DNA of 64,000 bases from Rhynchopus sp. YZ270_cl-10 (Eukaryota), in NCBI GenBank assembly GCA_964035575.1, contig OZ037847.1:1426001-1490000 (forward strand). The letters run 5' to 3'. Below, piece by piece: positions 35,707 through 47,307 of this stretch (position 1 is the stretch's first letter; every line of letters starts with the position of its first letter). Both the position numbers and the translations under genes were made by a program. The notes under the pieces are model-generated. The model saw only the letters and a list, made by a program, of their open reading frames with translations. It did no database searches and had not been told where the DNA came from.

Positions 35707-38110
35707 ATGCATCATTTTCCAGGTGGGAGTGGGGGGATGAAAGGGCTTTTCATTGCGGCACTGTGTGCTGCGTTGCTGGTTGGCGAGAGTAATGTTGTGG
35801 CAGCGAATGTTCCATTGTTAGAGCTGACTGCAGACTCTTTTAAGAGCACTTTGAAGCAAAGCACCGTCTTTGTTGTGACATTCTATTTGCCATGGTGCGC
35901 GCACAGCAAGAAGTGGACACCCGAGTTTGAAAAGGCTGTATCTCAACTGAACGCACCGTACAGCGCTGCACGGGTAGATGCTTCGGCGTATGCCGACCTT
36001 GCGTCAGAATTTACAACAACGGACCTCATGCCTGAGGTCCGCGTCTTCTTTAAAGGGGTCACATCAACGTCGATCTCGTACACAGGAGAACGCACTGCAG
36101 AGTCGCTCCTCGCGTTTCTCCTGCGTGCGCAGAAGGGCATGCTTGAGGCCTCTACCAAGGCAGAGTACGACCAGGCCCTCCACGCAGCTTCCATTGACGC
36201 ACCCAACGCTGTGGTTGTGAGTGGCTTCTTCGCAGAGGGGAACGCAGCAGAGCGGGATACCTACCTTGATGTGTTCAACACCCTGCGTGGTACGCATGTC
36301 TTCATCGCCGCCACTGCCGACGTAGCGAAGACACTCAACAAACCGGTTCCCAGCATCGTTGCAGCAAAGAAAGGCCTCGGCGAAACGGTGTACGAGGGAG
36401 GTCTGCAAGACAACGCTGCGTTGGAGAGGTTTGCCCGTGAAAGGCAGTTTCCTGTGTTTGGAGAGATGGAGCCGGGTCCAGTGTTCGAGGCCTATGCGTC
36501 CAGAGGACGTCCGATCGCATGGCTTTTCGTTGATGTGAACGACAAGGCTGCGAAGTCCATCGTCTCAACCCTCGCACCCCAGTTTGACACCCTCTCGTTT
36601 GTGTGGATCGATGGTACAAAGTATACCCCCATGATGGATCAGCTGGGTCTTCCAGCAGATGTCGCCCTGCCCGCATTCGCAATCGAGAACGGCACGCAGC
36701 ACTACGCGTTTTCGCAGAAGGTGTGTTCTATTTTTGAATGATTTTCTCAAATCTTTAAATCATGTTGTCCCCCCTTCCCGGTCAAGGTGGGGTAATGACT
36801 GTATACCTGCTTACAGCTTCCCTGTAAACCACTCCCAAGCGCAACACTCCGGGGTTCGATAACCCGCGGAGAGTCAGTGCCTGCGTCCCAGAGAGCGTTT
36901 GCACTATCAACTTCACTTTTTTGACAAACTGGGGAATAGAAACAGAGGTAAATAAACGAAACTGATTCTTATTGTCTGTTTATTCTTTTTTTTTTCTTCT
37001 TGCAGATCACCGAAGGCAGCCTGAAGTCCTTCCTCACGATGTACACGCAGAACCAGCTGCGCCCTGCCATCCGCAGCGACGAGGTTCCTGCCGTGCTCGA
37101 GAAGAAGGGGTTGGTCACCCTGGTTGGGAAGAATGTGAACGACTACGTGCGTTCGAAGCAGAATGTCATTCTGCTGGTTTACGTCTCCTGGTGTGGACAC
37201 TGCCAGGCCATACTGGCACCGTACAAGGAGATTGCTGCTAAGGTATGTGTGACTGTCTAACAAAAAAAACTGCACAAGGCAATGGCCAAACAATCTTTTC
37301 TCTCTGAAGAGACAGCCAAGTTTCAAGCATAATAGTAATTGTGTTCCAGTAGGACAAAATGACGGATGGTGACATGTTCATCTCTTAGTTTTTACAACAC
37401 ACCCCCATTCCATCGACAGCTCGAGAAAGAAGTACTCAGAATTGCTTTCATTGATGCCAGCACCAACGACCTTCCAGACATCATCGAAGAACGGGTATGT
37501 CATTTTCATTTTTTTCCCTCCGCATTTTTACAACACACACAACAACATTGCAGGTGGAAGGCTACCCGACCGTCCTTTCCTTTAGCATTGACAACAAGGT
37601 CGAGCAGTACACAGGGGAGCGCAGTGTTCTGGTATGCAACAGCCTTCAGTAAATCATGCAAGCCATTGCCACATTTCGTTATGCCTCCCACTGAACATAG
37701 TTTCGCTATACCGGTTTCAGGACTCTTTTAACTCTCTTTTTCATCTTTCGATCACTATACTTTGCTATCGGTCTTCCAAAGTTGCTGTAGGTGAACCTGC
37801 AGCAGAATCATTCCCAACGTGGGCTCTGTGTTTACACAAACTGATATTGGTCATTAGTAAGGCAATATTTAGCCTTAGCAGGGAGATGCCTGTCAATTAG
37901 GTCAGTATTCCCAAACTGAGCGACTTTTGGAAACAAATGCATCGTCTGTCCGGTGTGGCCGATGACCCCCCAAAATAGCACAAAATAGCACCCCTTCAGC
38001 CACACCCCAAAACGTCTCTCTTGTTACAGGGCCTCTTGAAGTTTGCTGTGCAGCACATTGGGAAGGAGGCGCAATACGCTTCTGAATGGGAATCGGAAGA
38101 CGAGCTGTGA
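35707..38110 (+). CDS. PDI: Protein disulfide isomerase family, ER-resident; exons 35707-36720, 37006-37242, 37420-37494, 37554-37631, 38030-38110
   Basis: Signal peptide; thioredoxin sites WCAHS and WCGHC; VEGYPT; YTGERS; spliced C-terminus ends EDEL*. Confidence 0.92.
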
Positions 38111-38744
38111 GACATTAACAACAGCGAAAGCGAAAAGGTATAGTGGAGCGCATCCTGGTGTGTCTACACTGATATAGGTTTTCAATTCAAGGGTGAACTT
38201 TTTTCTTGGTCGGTGTTTGAATTTTTTTGGGGGAAAGTTATGTACAAAGAAATTGTGTGCATATATTTTGATGGATGGCAGCTCACAACCTGTGACGGCT
38301 GGTGTGGTTTCACCGTGATCTGGGGAGCAACTTCAGAGTGTGCTGAAGGCGCTGACACACATTGACCGTAGGCTACCTTGAAAGAATGTAACACCGACTA
38401 AGAAATTTAGTTTTAAAAAATGCAAAGACAACAGCCGCACGACAAAAAAAAAAAATACAACTGTAAACAAAAAATACCCCACACACAAAAAAAAACAAAA
38501 AAATGACAAAAAAAAAAAATCTGGAATGTGAGGCATAAGACACAGTTCCAGCAACAAACGCAAAATAACCACGAACCAAACAGCGCCCTCTCCCTCTCCC
38601 AACTTTTTTTCTTTGGAGTTCAATAACCCTCGGAGAACCAATGCCGATGAATGAGGCGTTTGCACTTTTCAACTCTTTCTTTTACATCTTAATTCAATTC
38701 TCATCAGACTCGGAAAAGTAAAAGGTTTTGCCCTTGGATACACC

Positions 38745-40988
38745 ATGCAAAATGAAATCCTGCGATTGTATGAGCAGAAGGAGGAGAAGGAGGCTGAGCC
38801 CATGGTGAAGGAGTTCATTGAAGGCCTTACTGTGCGTGAGGTTGCCCGCATTTGGTCTTTGATGGGAGAGGGGGAGAACTTTATTGAGGCGCTTAAGCGT
38901 CTGCTGGCACTGAAGATTAGCAAGGTGAGTGGTGGGCAGGTCCAGAAGGATGCAAAGATTGACGACTTGGTTGCGTTGCTGAAAGAGGAGAAGGATAAGA
39001 AGGTGCAGGAGGAGGCTGCCTTGAAGGAGAAGATTGCAAATGCTGGGCAAGAGAAGAAGGAGCAGGAAGACCGCATTGCGAAGGAGAAAGTCGCAGCAGA
39101 GAAGGCAAGACAGGAGCACGAGGAGGCAGAGAAGAAGCAGGAGGTCGAGAAAAAGGTTGCCGCTGACGCACATCAGGCAAAGGTCGAGGCAGACATCAAG
39201 GCCGCAAAGGCAGCAGAAGACGAACGCAAGGCAGCAGAGAAGGCAGCGCAAGCCGCAGAGTCTGACCGCAAAGCAGCGCAAGAAGCATGCGAGAAAGCAC
39301 GAAAGGAGCTTGCCGAGCTCCAAAAGCAAGCAGAAGACGCAGAAACTGCACGTAAAACCGCAGAGGAAAAGGCTGCCGCAGAACAAGCAGAGCTCGAACG
39401 CAAACAAGCCCTCCGTGAGGCAGCAGAAGAACGCGAAGCCGAAGAGAAGCGTGAAGCTGCCCGTCAAGACGCCGAACGCAAGAAGCAGGAGGAGCAGCAC
39501 GCAGAGCTGGAGGCACAGCGGAAACGCGAGGAGGAGGAACAAAAGGAGGAGGAGCTCAAGAATGAGAGCATCACTGTCATACTTGATGCTGCCGACGAGC
39601 CTCTTGGGCTTGACTGTCTGGCGGGGGCGGGGCGTGTACGTATCATCGATGTCTCCGGTATGCTTTCTGTCATCCCCAAAGAGATCTTTTCTTTGGAAGA
39701 AAAAGACTTCTTGCAAAAAACACCCACATTTCTTATACCCTGTTAACACAATGCTTCAGGATCCAAGGGGTGCTCCCTTATTTTTATTTTCTCTTTTGTG
39801 CTACTTTACCTCTTCACTACAGGAGCCTGTCTGCGTGCAGGCGTCAAGGCTGCCTCTGTGCTTCTCGAGGTTGACGGGAAAGTTGTCGACTCGCAAGAAA
39901 CCCTTATCGAGGCCGTGCAGCAGCTTCGCGGGACCAAGAAGCTTGAGTTCGAAGTGGTATGTGTACTCCCCCTCCCCCCCTCCCCCCCTCCCCTCCCGCT
40001 GTAGAGCCGTATGAGCCTGCACACCGTCACCGCCTCTACCACACTCAGGTTGTCCAGCCGCCTCTGATGGTGAGCGACGAGGACCGTGAAATCCTTCGCA
40101 AGGTATGCCTTTGACGTTTCCCTTCTCTGCGATCGCACGACTGCTACCTCTGCGTGTGTCGCGGTTATCGTTGCAAAATAATCCATTAATTACCACAGTT
40201 CAACGAACAAAAGGAGGAGATCCGCAAGTGGAAAGACATGGTAGGTGACTGCAAAATGGTGCGTGTCGAGATGAAGGTGATGCAGGGCATCAGCCTTCTC
40301 GACAAAGGCAGCACAAAGCCCTTCTGCGAGGTCAAGCTGCGTGAGTGCATTGAAGATGGATCAGGGTGGAAGGTCGGTCAGACACACAAGAACCCGCAAA
40401 AAAATGCGACCAAGACAGTCAACTGCCAGTCGAACAACAAGCAGCTTACCCCAGCAATGTATGCCATTTTTTAGGTGACTAAGAGACTTAGGTCCATCTT
40501 ATAAACCTTTCTTTTCAAAGCCTTTTGACTTCTTGTGATACAATACCCCCCCTCCCTGGCTGGGGCAATGCTTATGTACCTACATACAACCTCCTCGTGG
40601 AAACCGTGTGCATGCCAATGAAGTGCTCTCTGGGGTTCGATAACCCGCGGAGAACCCTCTGCGCCCGCCGATGAACAGTGAGGCGTTTGCACTTTCAACT
40701 TCTCTGATCTCCACACCATCCTACAGCTGGGACGAAGTTTTCACCTTTGAGTCGCCCAAGGCAGACTGCATCCGTGTCAGTGTCTTTGGCCAACGCACCC
40801 TGAAGAAGGAGTACCTAGGACGTGTTGACCTGCTTCTCCCCGAGCTGCTCGAGGAGCTCTGCATAGGCCCAATCGTTGCACGCTGGCCCATCCAGGGGCA
40901 GGAGGAAGGCCGTGGGCCTGTCGGAGGAGAACTCGAGCTTGCGCTCAACCTCATTGCATGTGACGGCAAGGACGACCCAGACAGCTAG
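38745..40988 (+). CDS. Coiled-coil + PDZ-like + C2-domain protein; exons 38745-39657, 39823-39956, 40049-40102, 40199-40458, 40727-40988
   Basis: E/K/A-rich helix; PLGL...GACLRAGV...LLEVDG (PDZ-like); KPFCEVKL...PAIWDEVFTF...EYLGRVDL (C2); four GTATG introns restore the frame. Confidence 0.85.
40550..40705 (+). repeat. Representative copy of the ~150-bp dispersed element with GGGTT-CGAT-AACCC hairpin and GCACTTTCAACTTC end
   Basis: Homologous copies at ~36785-36915, 31297-31403, 38614-38676, 19245-19297 and a fragment at 5927-5948. Confidence 0.85.
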
Positions 40989-43756
40989 AAAAAAAATCTC
41001 TACGTGAACAAGAAAATAAGAAACTAAAAAAAATGACTCCTGTGTTTCTTTCGAAACTCTTCGGTGTTTTGTGTTATTCTTGCACATACACTTCCCTTTT
41101 CCTTTTCCTTTTCTTTTTCTTTTCTTTTTCTTTGCGAAACCTGAAGGTGCAAGTGGGGACATCGTGGCTTGTTGTTTAATCAATGTGGCCAGGTATTTTG
41201 TTGTTTTATTGTGGAGGGGGTACGGTTGCTCTCTGAGTCAACTGTTTTTTTTTGCGCCAAAACCCCGCTTCCTTCTACAGGCTAGTGTAGTCCCTCTCTT
41301 TAAAAAAAAAAAAAAAACAACAACTCTTTTGTTCATCGAATGCCTTTCTATATTGCGAACGAAAGATCAAACCTAGCGAAACAATATAATATATGACCAA
41401 AAAAAACAAACAAACAAAAACGACAACTCGACCATATGCTGTAATAACAGTAGTTTATACGAACAAATTGTGATTAAGGTGACTAGTCGTGAGAGGCTTA
41501 GGGCCACCTTCACAATATTTTTTTTCTCTTTTTTTGTTCCGATATCCTGGGGGAAACCGTTCGCCAATACAATGGAAAAATGGTGTGATTTTTTTTTTGC
41601 TACTCAGTATCCCAACAAGAATGTGGCTTTTTTTTTCTTTTCCCATTTCGTGAAATAACGCCAATATCGTTCGATACTGTATTCTTTATGTGCTTGCAAA
41701 CCCCCCCCCCTTTTTTTTGCATCTCTTGTGAGTTCGTTTCTATTGATTATGAAGTCTTCTGCATTGTTCACAACTTATCAGGAAGATGTCGTTTCTTTGG
41801 TTAAATGTACGCACATGAGGTCTATTTCAAACTGTCTTTTACATATGGACTGTGCCAAATGGGTGGTCAAGCATATTTGCATTTAATTTTCCCCCCCCTA
41901 TAGGCGAACGCAGGATATACCCAAAGGCATTCTTTTTTGTTTTCTTTCTTTTTTTTTTTTTTTTGAAAAAGGAAACAAAGACGAAATCCTATTGGTGACT
42001 ATCCTACCCTCCATGGTCTCCCCTGATCTGACAATTTCTCCCCACTCCCCCTTACAAAACAAACAAACTTTCAAACCCCCCTCTCTTACGGCAGGTTCTT
42101 TGAGAAGTCTTACTCTTCCAACGTATGGTCCCCATAGTATTTGCATTGTCCATGCCGGTGCAAATGCACCATCCCCTACCTCAGCTGGAGTACTCAAAAA
42201 AAAAATTTCAAAAAGAAAAAAAAAAAAAAAAATGTGTGCCGTTCTGTAAGTATCCTAGCCTTCGGGTGACATTTTGAGCACGGAAGCCACTTTGGTGTGT
42301 GATTTTGTCGGTATACAACACAAAAATTTTTTAGTAAAAAATAATGTACAAAAAAAACCACGGCCCACTCTGGCTCGCGTAGTCCCTTTTATATCCCCAT
42401 CCCCAAAAGAGAAAATCTCCCGTTCAAAAAAAGTTTTTTTTTTTTCATCTGCCGCTGATCGTTTTCTCCAGCTGTGGTGGTTTGTGTTTTTTTTGTCCAG
42501 TCTATGTATCTTTACTATGGCGTTGTGTACAGCATTGTTGTGTATAGTCGATGTGAAGGAAAAAAAATATGGGGGTCTTTTTTTATGTGTTCAAAAGAGG
42601 CGCATTTCATCTTTTAATTTTGTTATCTTATTTTTTGGAGGGGGGTTTATTTTTTGCGTCGTATCCATCTTTGCCCTCTACAGTATGTTATTTGTATTTT
42701 GTGCCTTCATCTGGATGACTGGCATCGAATGTCGGGGGTTCCTGCATTTAACAACTACCATTCGCAGCTTACATTATTTTGCTTGGAAGTCTCTAAGCAG
42801 CCTTAAGACTTAGTTCATTTTCCCAACAAAAGTATATTTTTTTTCTATACAGAATCTGCCTCTACAAAAAGGGGCTTTTTTTTTGTTGAATGGAGCGTGG
42901 TTTGATTGCACACAGTGGCAGTGACTACTTCCAACATTTTTTTAAAAGGGGAGAGATACACGGTCCGTTTTTAAGTAACGTGGTGATGCTCAGGTGTGGC
43001 ATCCAATGTTGTCCATTGGTGGCCAAGCATGAGAGGCTTAGGGTCATCTACATTTTTTTTCTTCATTTTTTTTTTAAATTTTTTTCAAATGAACTGCGTT
43101 GTATTGGCCTTTACAACGTTTTTCATATCGTGAGCATCCCCCTCCCCATTTTGTGTATTTTTTTCTGACCCCGTGAAATTATATGGAAAAAAAGGTGTAT
43201 TTGTGTATAAGCCTTGCCAAACGGAGGGTGTGGGTAGGGTCAGACCAGAGCCCTTAGAAGATCTCGTCTCTGCCATGGATATGTTATGGGCCCTCTGTAA
43301 GCATCCTGGCATTCTTTGATGGGGATAGAGAAAAATTGTGTGCAGAAAACATGACTTTGGCAAAAAAATGGTGTTTTATTTTTTTTTGGGGGGGTCGATA
43401 TTACAAAAAAAAAGGCAGCAACGTGTACCACTGTATCTGTGTGCCCGCCTTTGGGTTGCCATTTTGTTTGTTTGTTTTTTTTCTCTCTTGATGAGCGTAT
43501 GAGAGTCTCTTTCATATTGTATAGAACGGATCTTGGCCATTGAACCGGAAAAAGTAAAAAAGCGCAATTCACACCGAGGTGAGTTGTGCACAATTTCCCT
43601 CCCCCTGAAAAACCCATGTGACACATCGTTGCTATCTCAGCTAATAGTTTCACTAGTTTGCACCAATTTTTTTTTCCTTCAAAAGACAAAAGAAAGTACG
43701 TCTAATTCAACGTTAAATTCAAAAAAAAATAAAGTATAGTGGAGCACACTCTAGGG

Positions 43757-43875
43757 CAGTGCTGTAAGAATACGCTTACGGATACGTAAGAATACGTATT
43801 CTGGAGCGTATTCTTACGGAATACGCCCCAGAATACGTAAGAATACGCTCCAGAATACGTATTCTTACAGCACTG
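43757..43875. mobile_element. 119-bp hAT-like MITE
   Basis: TIRs CAGTGCTGTAAGAATACG / CGTATTCTTACAGCACTG; 8-bp TSD CTCTAGGG (43749-43756, 43876-43883); interior built from GAATACG/CGTATTC units. Confidence 0.92.
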
Positions 43876-44386
43876 CTCTAGGGTGGCTACACTAATACAA
43901 CCAAGTTTTCAAATAAAAATACGAGCCTTTTTGTGGCACAATGTTTTGAAAGTCAATGCAATTTGGCGAAAGTAGGGTCGTTCCAATCGAACCTGTCCTT
44001 TTGTACTCTGTCCTGTCCTTCCGACACGCAGAGGCCAAGCGGCAGCTAGATTGCTGGGGCTACAGTAGGGGACAGTGGGGCCGTGGGGTGAATGATGGAA
44101 TGTATTTAAAACAAAAAAAACGCAAAATGAAATTAAAACGTGCTTGACTGACACACCCCACTCTCAGGCTTTCCACAACAAAAAAAACGCTCACCCCACC
44201 CCACCCATATGCACAATGTTGAACAACACAACAAAAGAGATCTGTTTCCCCCCACCATGCCTCTTCCTCTTCTTTGCGTCATTTTAGCACTTTCAAATTT
44301 TCTCTGATCCGAGTTTTTCCCTTCTTCCTCTTCCTCTTCTCCCTCCCTCACAAACGCAACCACAGGAGACTCGCCCCCCTCCCAAG

Positions 44387-45794
44387 ATGGGAGCAGCACC
44401 GTCTACTCCGACTACACCAGCACCTACGGAAACTGCCGACCCGAACACGAGCCCCTCACCAAACCATGCAGTCCTTGGAAGCTATCACTACGGGGCGAAA
44501 CACCACCTCGATGTGTTCGACACACCAAGCCTTGCAGAACAGGGACAGCTCCTGCTGAAGAAGTATGAATGGTTCGTCGAGCGACGAGAGAAAGGCGGCG
44601 TGATAACGAGCGCCGAAGAGCGGGGGGTGCATCTGAATCTGATGAAGGAGCACTTCAAGAAGGTGAAGGAGATTCACGCGAGGCTTGAGAAGGTGGCAGC
44701 GTTCGAGGGCGAGGCGTTGTACGACCCCGCGAAGATGCTTCTCAACGACGACCTCTCGTTCGAAGAATGGCAGCAGAAAGAACTCATGTATCTCATCCGA
44801 AGACGCGAAAGAGCGATGGAAATCGACATCCAAAGACCAGACATGAACCGTACCAGTTACGACTCCGTGTTCGGGCACTTCTCCGCAACAGGAAACCTCA
44901 GAACAACGTTCGAAGGATGTCCACGTGAACCAGGGCATTGGGGTAAACGGAAGTTCTACTACCCAGTGACAGACTTCTCGCAGCTGAAGCACCCAGCAGA
45001 GATTACAGACGAGGAGCGTCTTCTGGAGAAAGCGTTGGTTGACGCAAAGTCAAATTTTCAGTCGCAATTTCTGATGGTCGGAGGTATGCACAGAGAGCCA
45101 GATTGGCTGACCATTTTTTTTTTTAAAGGGCGTGGCGTGGATATATTCTGTTGCGACACGTGATTTTTCCAAGTTTTCAAAAAAAGTAAAAAAAAAACAC
45201 ATAAACGACCAAACCCCCCGGTCCCCCTTCATCTACTGCCCCATTCGTCCTGATTGACAATGTTTTGTCGAGGGAAGGTGTAGGTTCATCTTATAATGTT
45301 GTTCTTTGTTTTAAAGCAAAGCACCCGCCCACCCGCCCCCACCCCCCGGCTACAGGTTGTGCAGGGTTACTGATTGGCACTGCGTCTCGGAAGGTGAATA
45401 TCTTCGGTGTCATCGCTGCAGGCACGTTTGGCGGTGCCATTATTGACAAGTTTGCGACAGATGCAAAGGCAATTCCAAAGGCAATGGACTGCGACGACTA
45501 CCTCTTTGCGAAGCACGTCTGGTTCCTCAAGAACCGCCCTGAGGTGTACAGCAGTATTGACGCGGGGTATGCCCTTACTCCCTCCCAATATTTGATCCGA
45601 TAATACATTGTACTTAATGCTTCACGATTGTGAGCAATGCGACCAAGCACAAAAGGCTTCGTCACACCTTCACAAATCGCCTTAGTTCATCATATTGGCA
45701 TGATCACGTTTCTCTTTTATTTTCAACACTCTTTCACAGAACCGGAGGACTGGGCAATGCAACCATCGGGAGCATCGGAAACCTCAACACATAG
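44387..45794 (+). CDS. Hypothetical protein with Gly-rich membrane hairpin and MGxxxS N-terminus; exons 44387-45083, 45356-45566, 45740-45794
   Basis: Two GTATGC...CAG introns give one frame; FLMVGGCAGLLIG...FGVIAAGTFGGAII hydrophobic segments. Confidence 0.7.
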
Positions 45795-45966
45795 GGCTAG
45801 CAGATTTTCTTTGGAGCCCTGCACCCTTTTCCTTATCCCCCTCCACCACCACTCCCCCCTAGAAGCTATCCAAAAAACTGATGCTTGTTGGCACAACATT
45901 AACAAGAAAAAAGCACCCTTTTTATTCCCAAAATGGCGTTCCCCATTACCACCCAAAGGGACACAA

Positions 45967-46938
45967 ATGTTGTTATTATTCACCTTGGTGGTCTGTACCA
46001 ATGCGAGGGTCTCCACTGTGTGGAGTGAGGAAACCCATAGGGCGAGGGTGAGCTATGTTGTGAAGAGCGCGCTGCCTGGGTCATACACTCAGGGTTTGCC
46101 CGACAGCTTTTCTTGGGGCGATGTGAACGGGACAAGCTATTTGACGAAGAACCTGAACCAGCATATACCACAGTACTGCGGGTCGTGCTGGGCGCATGCT
46201 GCTTTATCTTCGCTTGCCGACCGCATCAAAATCGCGCGACGTGCAGCACCTATCGACATCAACCTCTCCGTCCAACACATCCTCAACTGCGGAAACGCTG
46301 GCTCCTGCTCTGGCGGCGATATTGGGGCCGCCTTTCAATGGATCCACACCAACGGTGGAGTCGCCTTTGATACTTGCAACCCTTATGTCGCCTGCTCCAG
46401 CGGAAGCACAGAAGGGTTCTGCGAGCACGTCAACACAACGTGCTCTGCAGTGAACACATGCAGAACGTGCCGTGCCTTTTCCAATGTAGGTGGACCATGC
46501 GAAGCGGTCGATGACTACCCCAACGCAACTGTGGCAGAGTATGGCAATGTCTACGGGGAGATGGATATGATGAACGAAATCTTTTCGCGTGGTCCGATTG
46601 GGTGTGGTGTGGATGCAGGCTTCCTAGAAGACTATCACAGCGGCATAGTAGCAGGCCGCTGTACGGCAGGCATCAACCACGCTGTTGAGGTAGTAGGCTG
46701 GGGCGTCGAAGGCAACACAAAATACTGGCTCGTCCGCAACTCATGGGGTGAATACTGGGGTGAGCGCGGTCTCTTCCGAGTCAACAAAGGCTCCAGCGAC
46801 TCCATCTGCCTCGAAAGCCAATGCTTCTGGGCAACCCCCGCCTCCTGGACGGAACGCACCAACCTCTGCCCCACCTCACCCTGCAGGGCGACCTACCAGG
46901 ACCCATCTGTTACAAAAACACCCTTAGGGAGGGGGTAG
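45967..46938 (+). CDS. CTSZ: Cathepsin Z/X (papain family C1A cysteine carboxypeptidase)
   Basis: NQHIPQYCGSCWAH with the diagnostic HIP insert, NHAV, YWLVRNSWGEYWGE; signal peptide and very short pro-region. Confidence 0.93.
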   Translation: MLLLFTLVVCTNARVSTVWSEETHRARVSYVVKSALPGSYTQGLPDSFSWGDVNGTSYLTKNLNQHIPQYCGSCWAHAALSSLADRIKIARRAAPIDINLSVQHILNCGNAGSCSGGDIGAAFQWIHTNGGVAFDTCNPYVACSSGSTEGFCEHVNTTCSAVNTCRTCRAFSNVGGPCEAVDDYPNATVAEYGNVYGEMDMMNEIFSRGPIGCGVDAGFLEDYHSGIVAGRCTAGINHAVEVVGWGVEGNTKYWLVRNSWGEYWGERGLFRVNKGSSDSICLESQCFWATPASWTERTNLCPTSPCRATYQDPSVTKTPLGRG

Positions 46939-47307
46939 AATATTTCACATTCAGTGTGTTTTTGGTGGCTGAGCGCAATAAAATGTACACTTTTTTGTGG
47001 ACTTCTGGCAGAATAGCTGGTTTCAGCCATAGAATTTTTAAAGAGAACTGCATCGCTTATTACCCAAAACATAAACTCTCAGCGTGTATTCAGAGCTTTA
47101 TAGGGGTTGTCTTTCAACACAGGCTCAGTATTATCTTAGAAACAATGTTTTTTTTCCCCTACCGGTACACCCGGTTATGTACCAAAGGTACACTGTTCAC
47201 GAGTGGGCTGTATTTCAAAATCAACTTTCTGTTTTACCAATCCCTGTGTTCCCCCCCCCCCCTTTCAACACCCCCCCCTCCAGACACACTACGTCAATAC
47301 ATGAACC

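Noticed and set aside
39034..40014. 326-aa Arg/Gln-rich overlapping ORF
   Set aside because: Alternate frame of the repetitive E/K/A coiled-coil exon.
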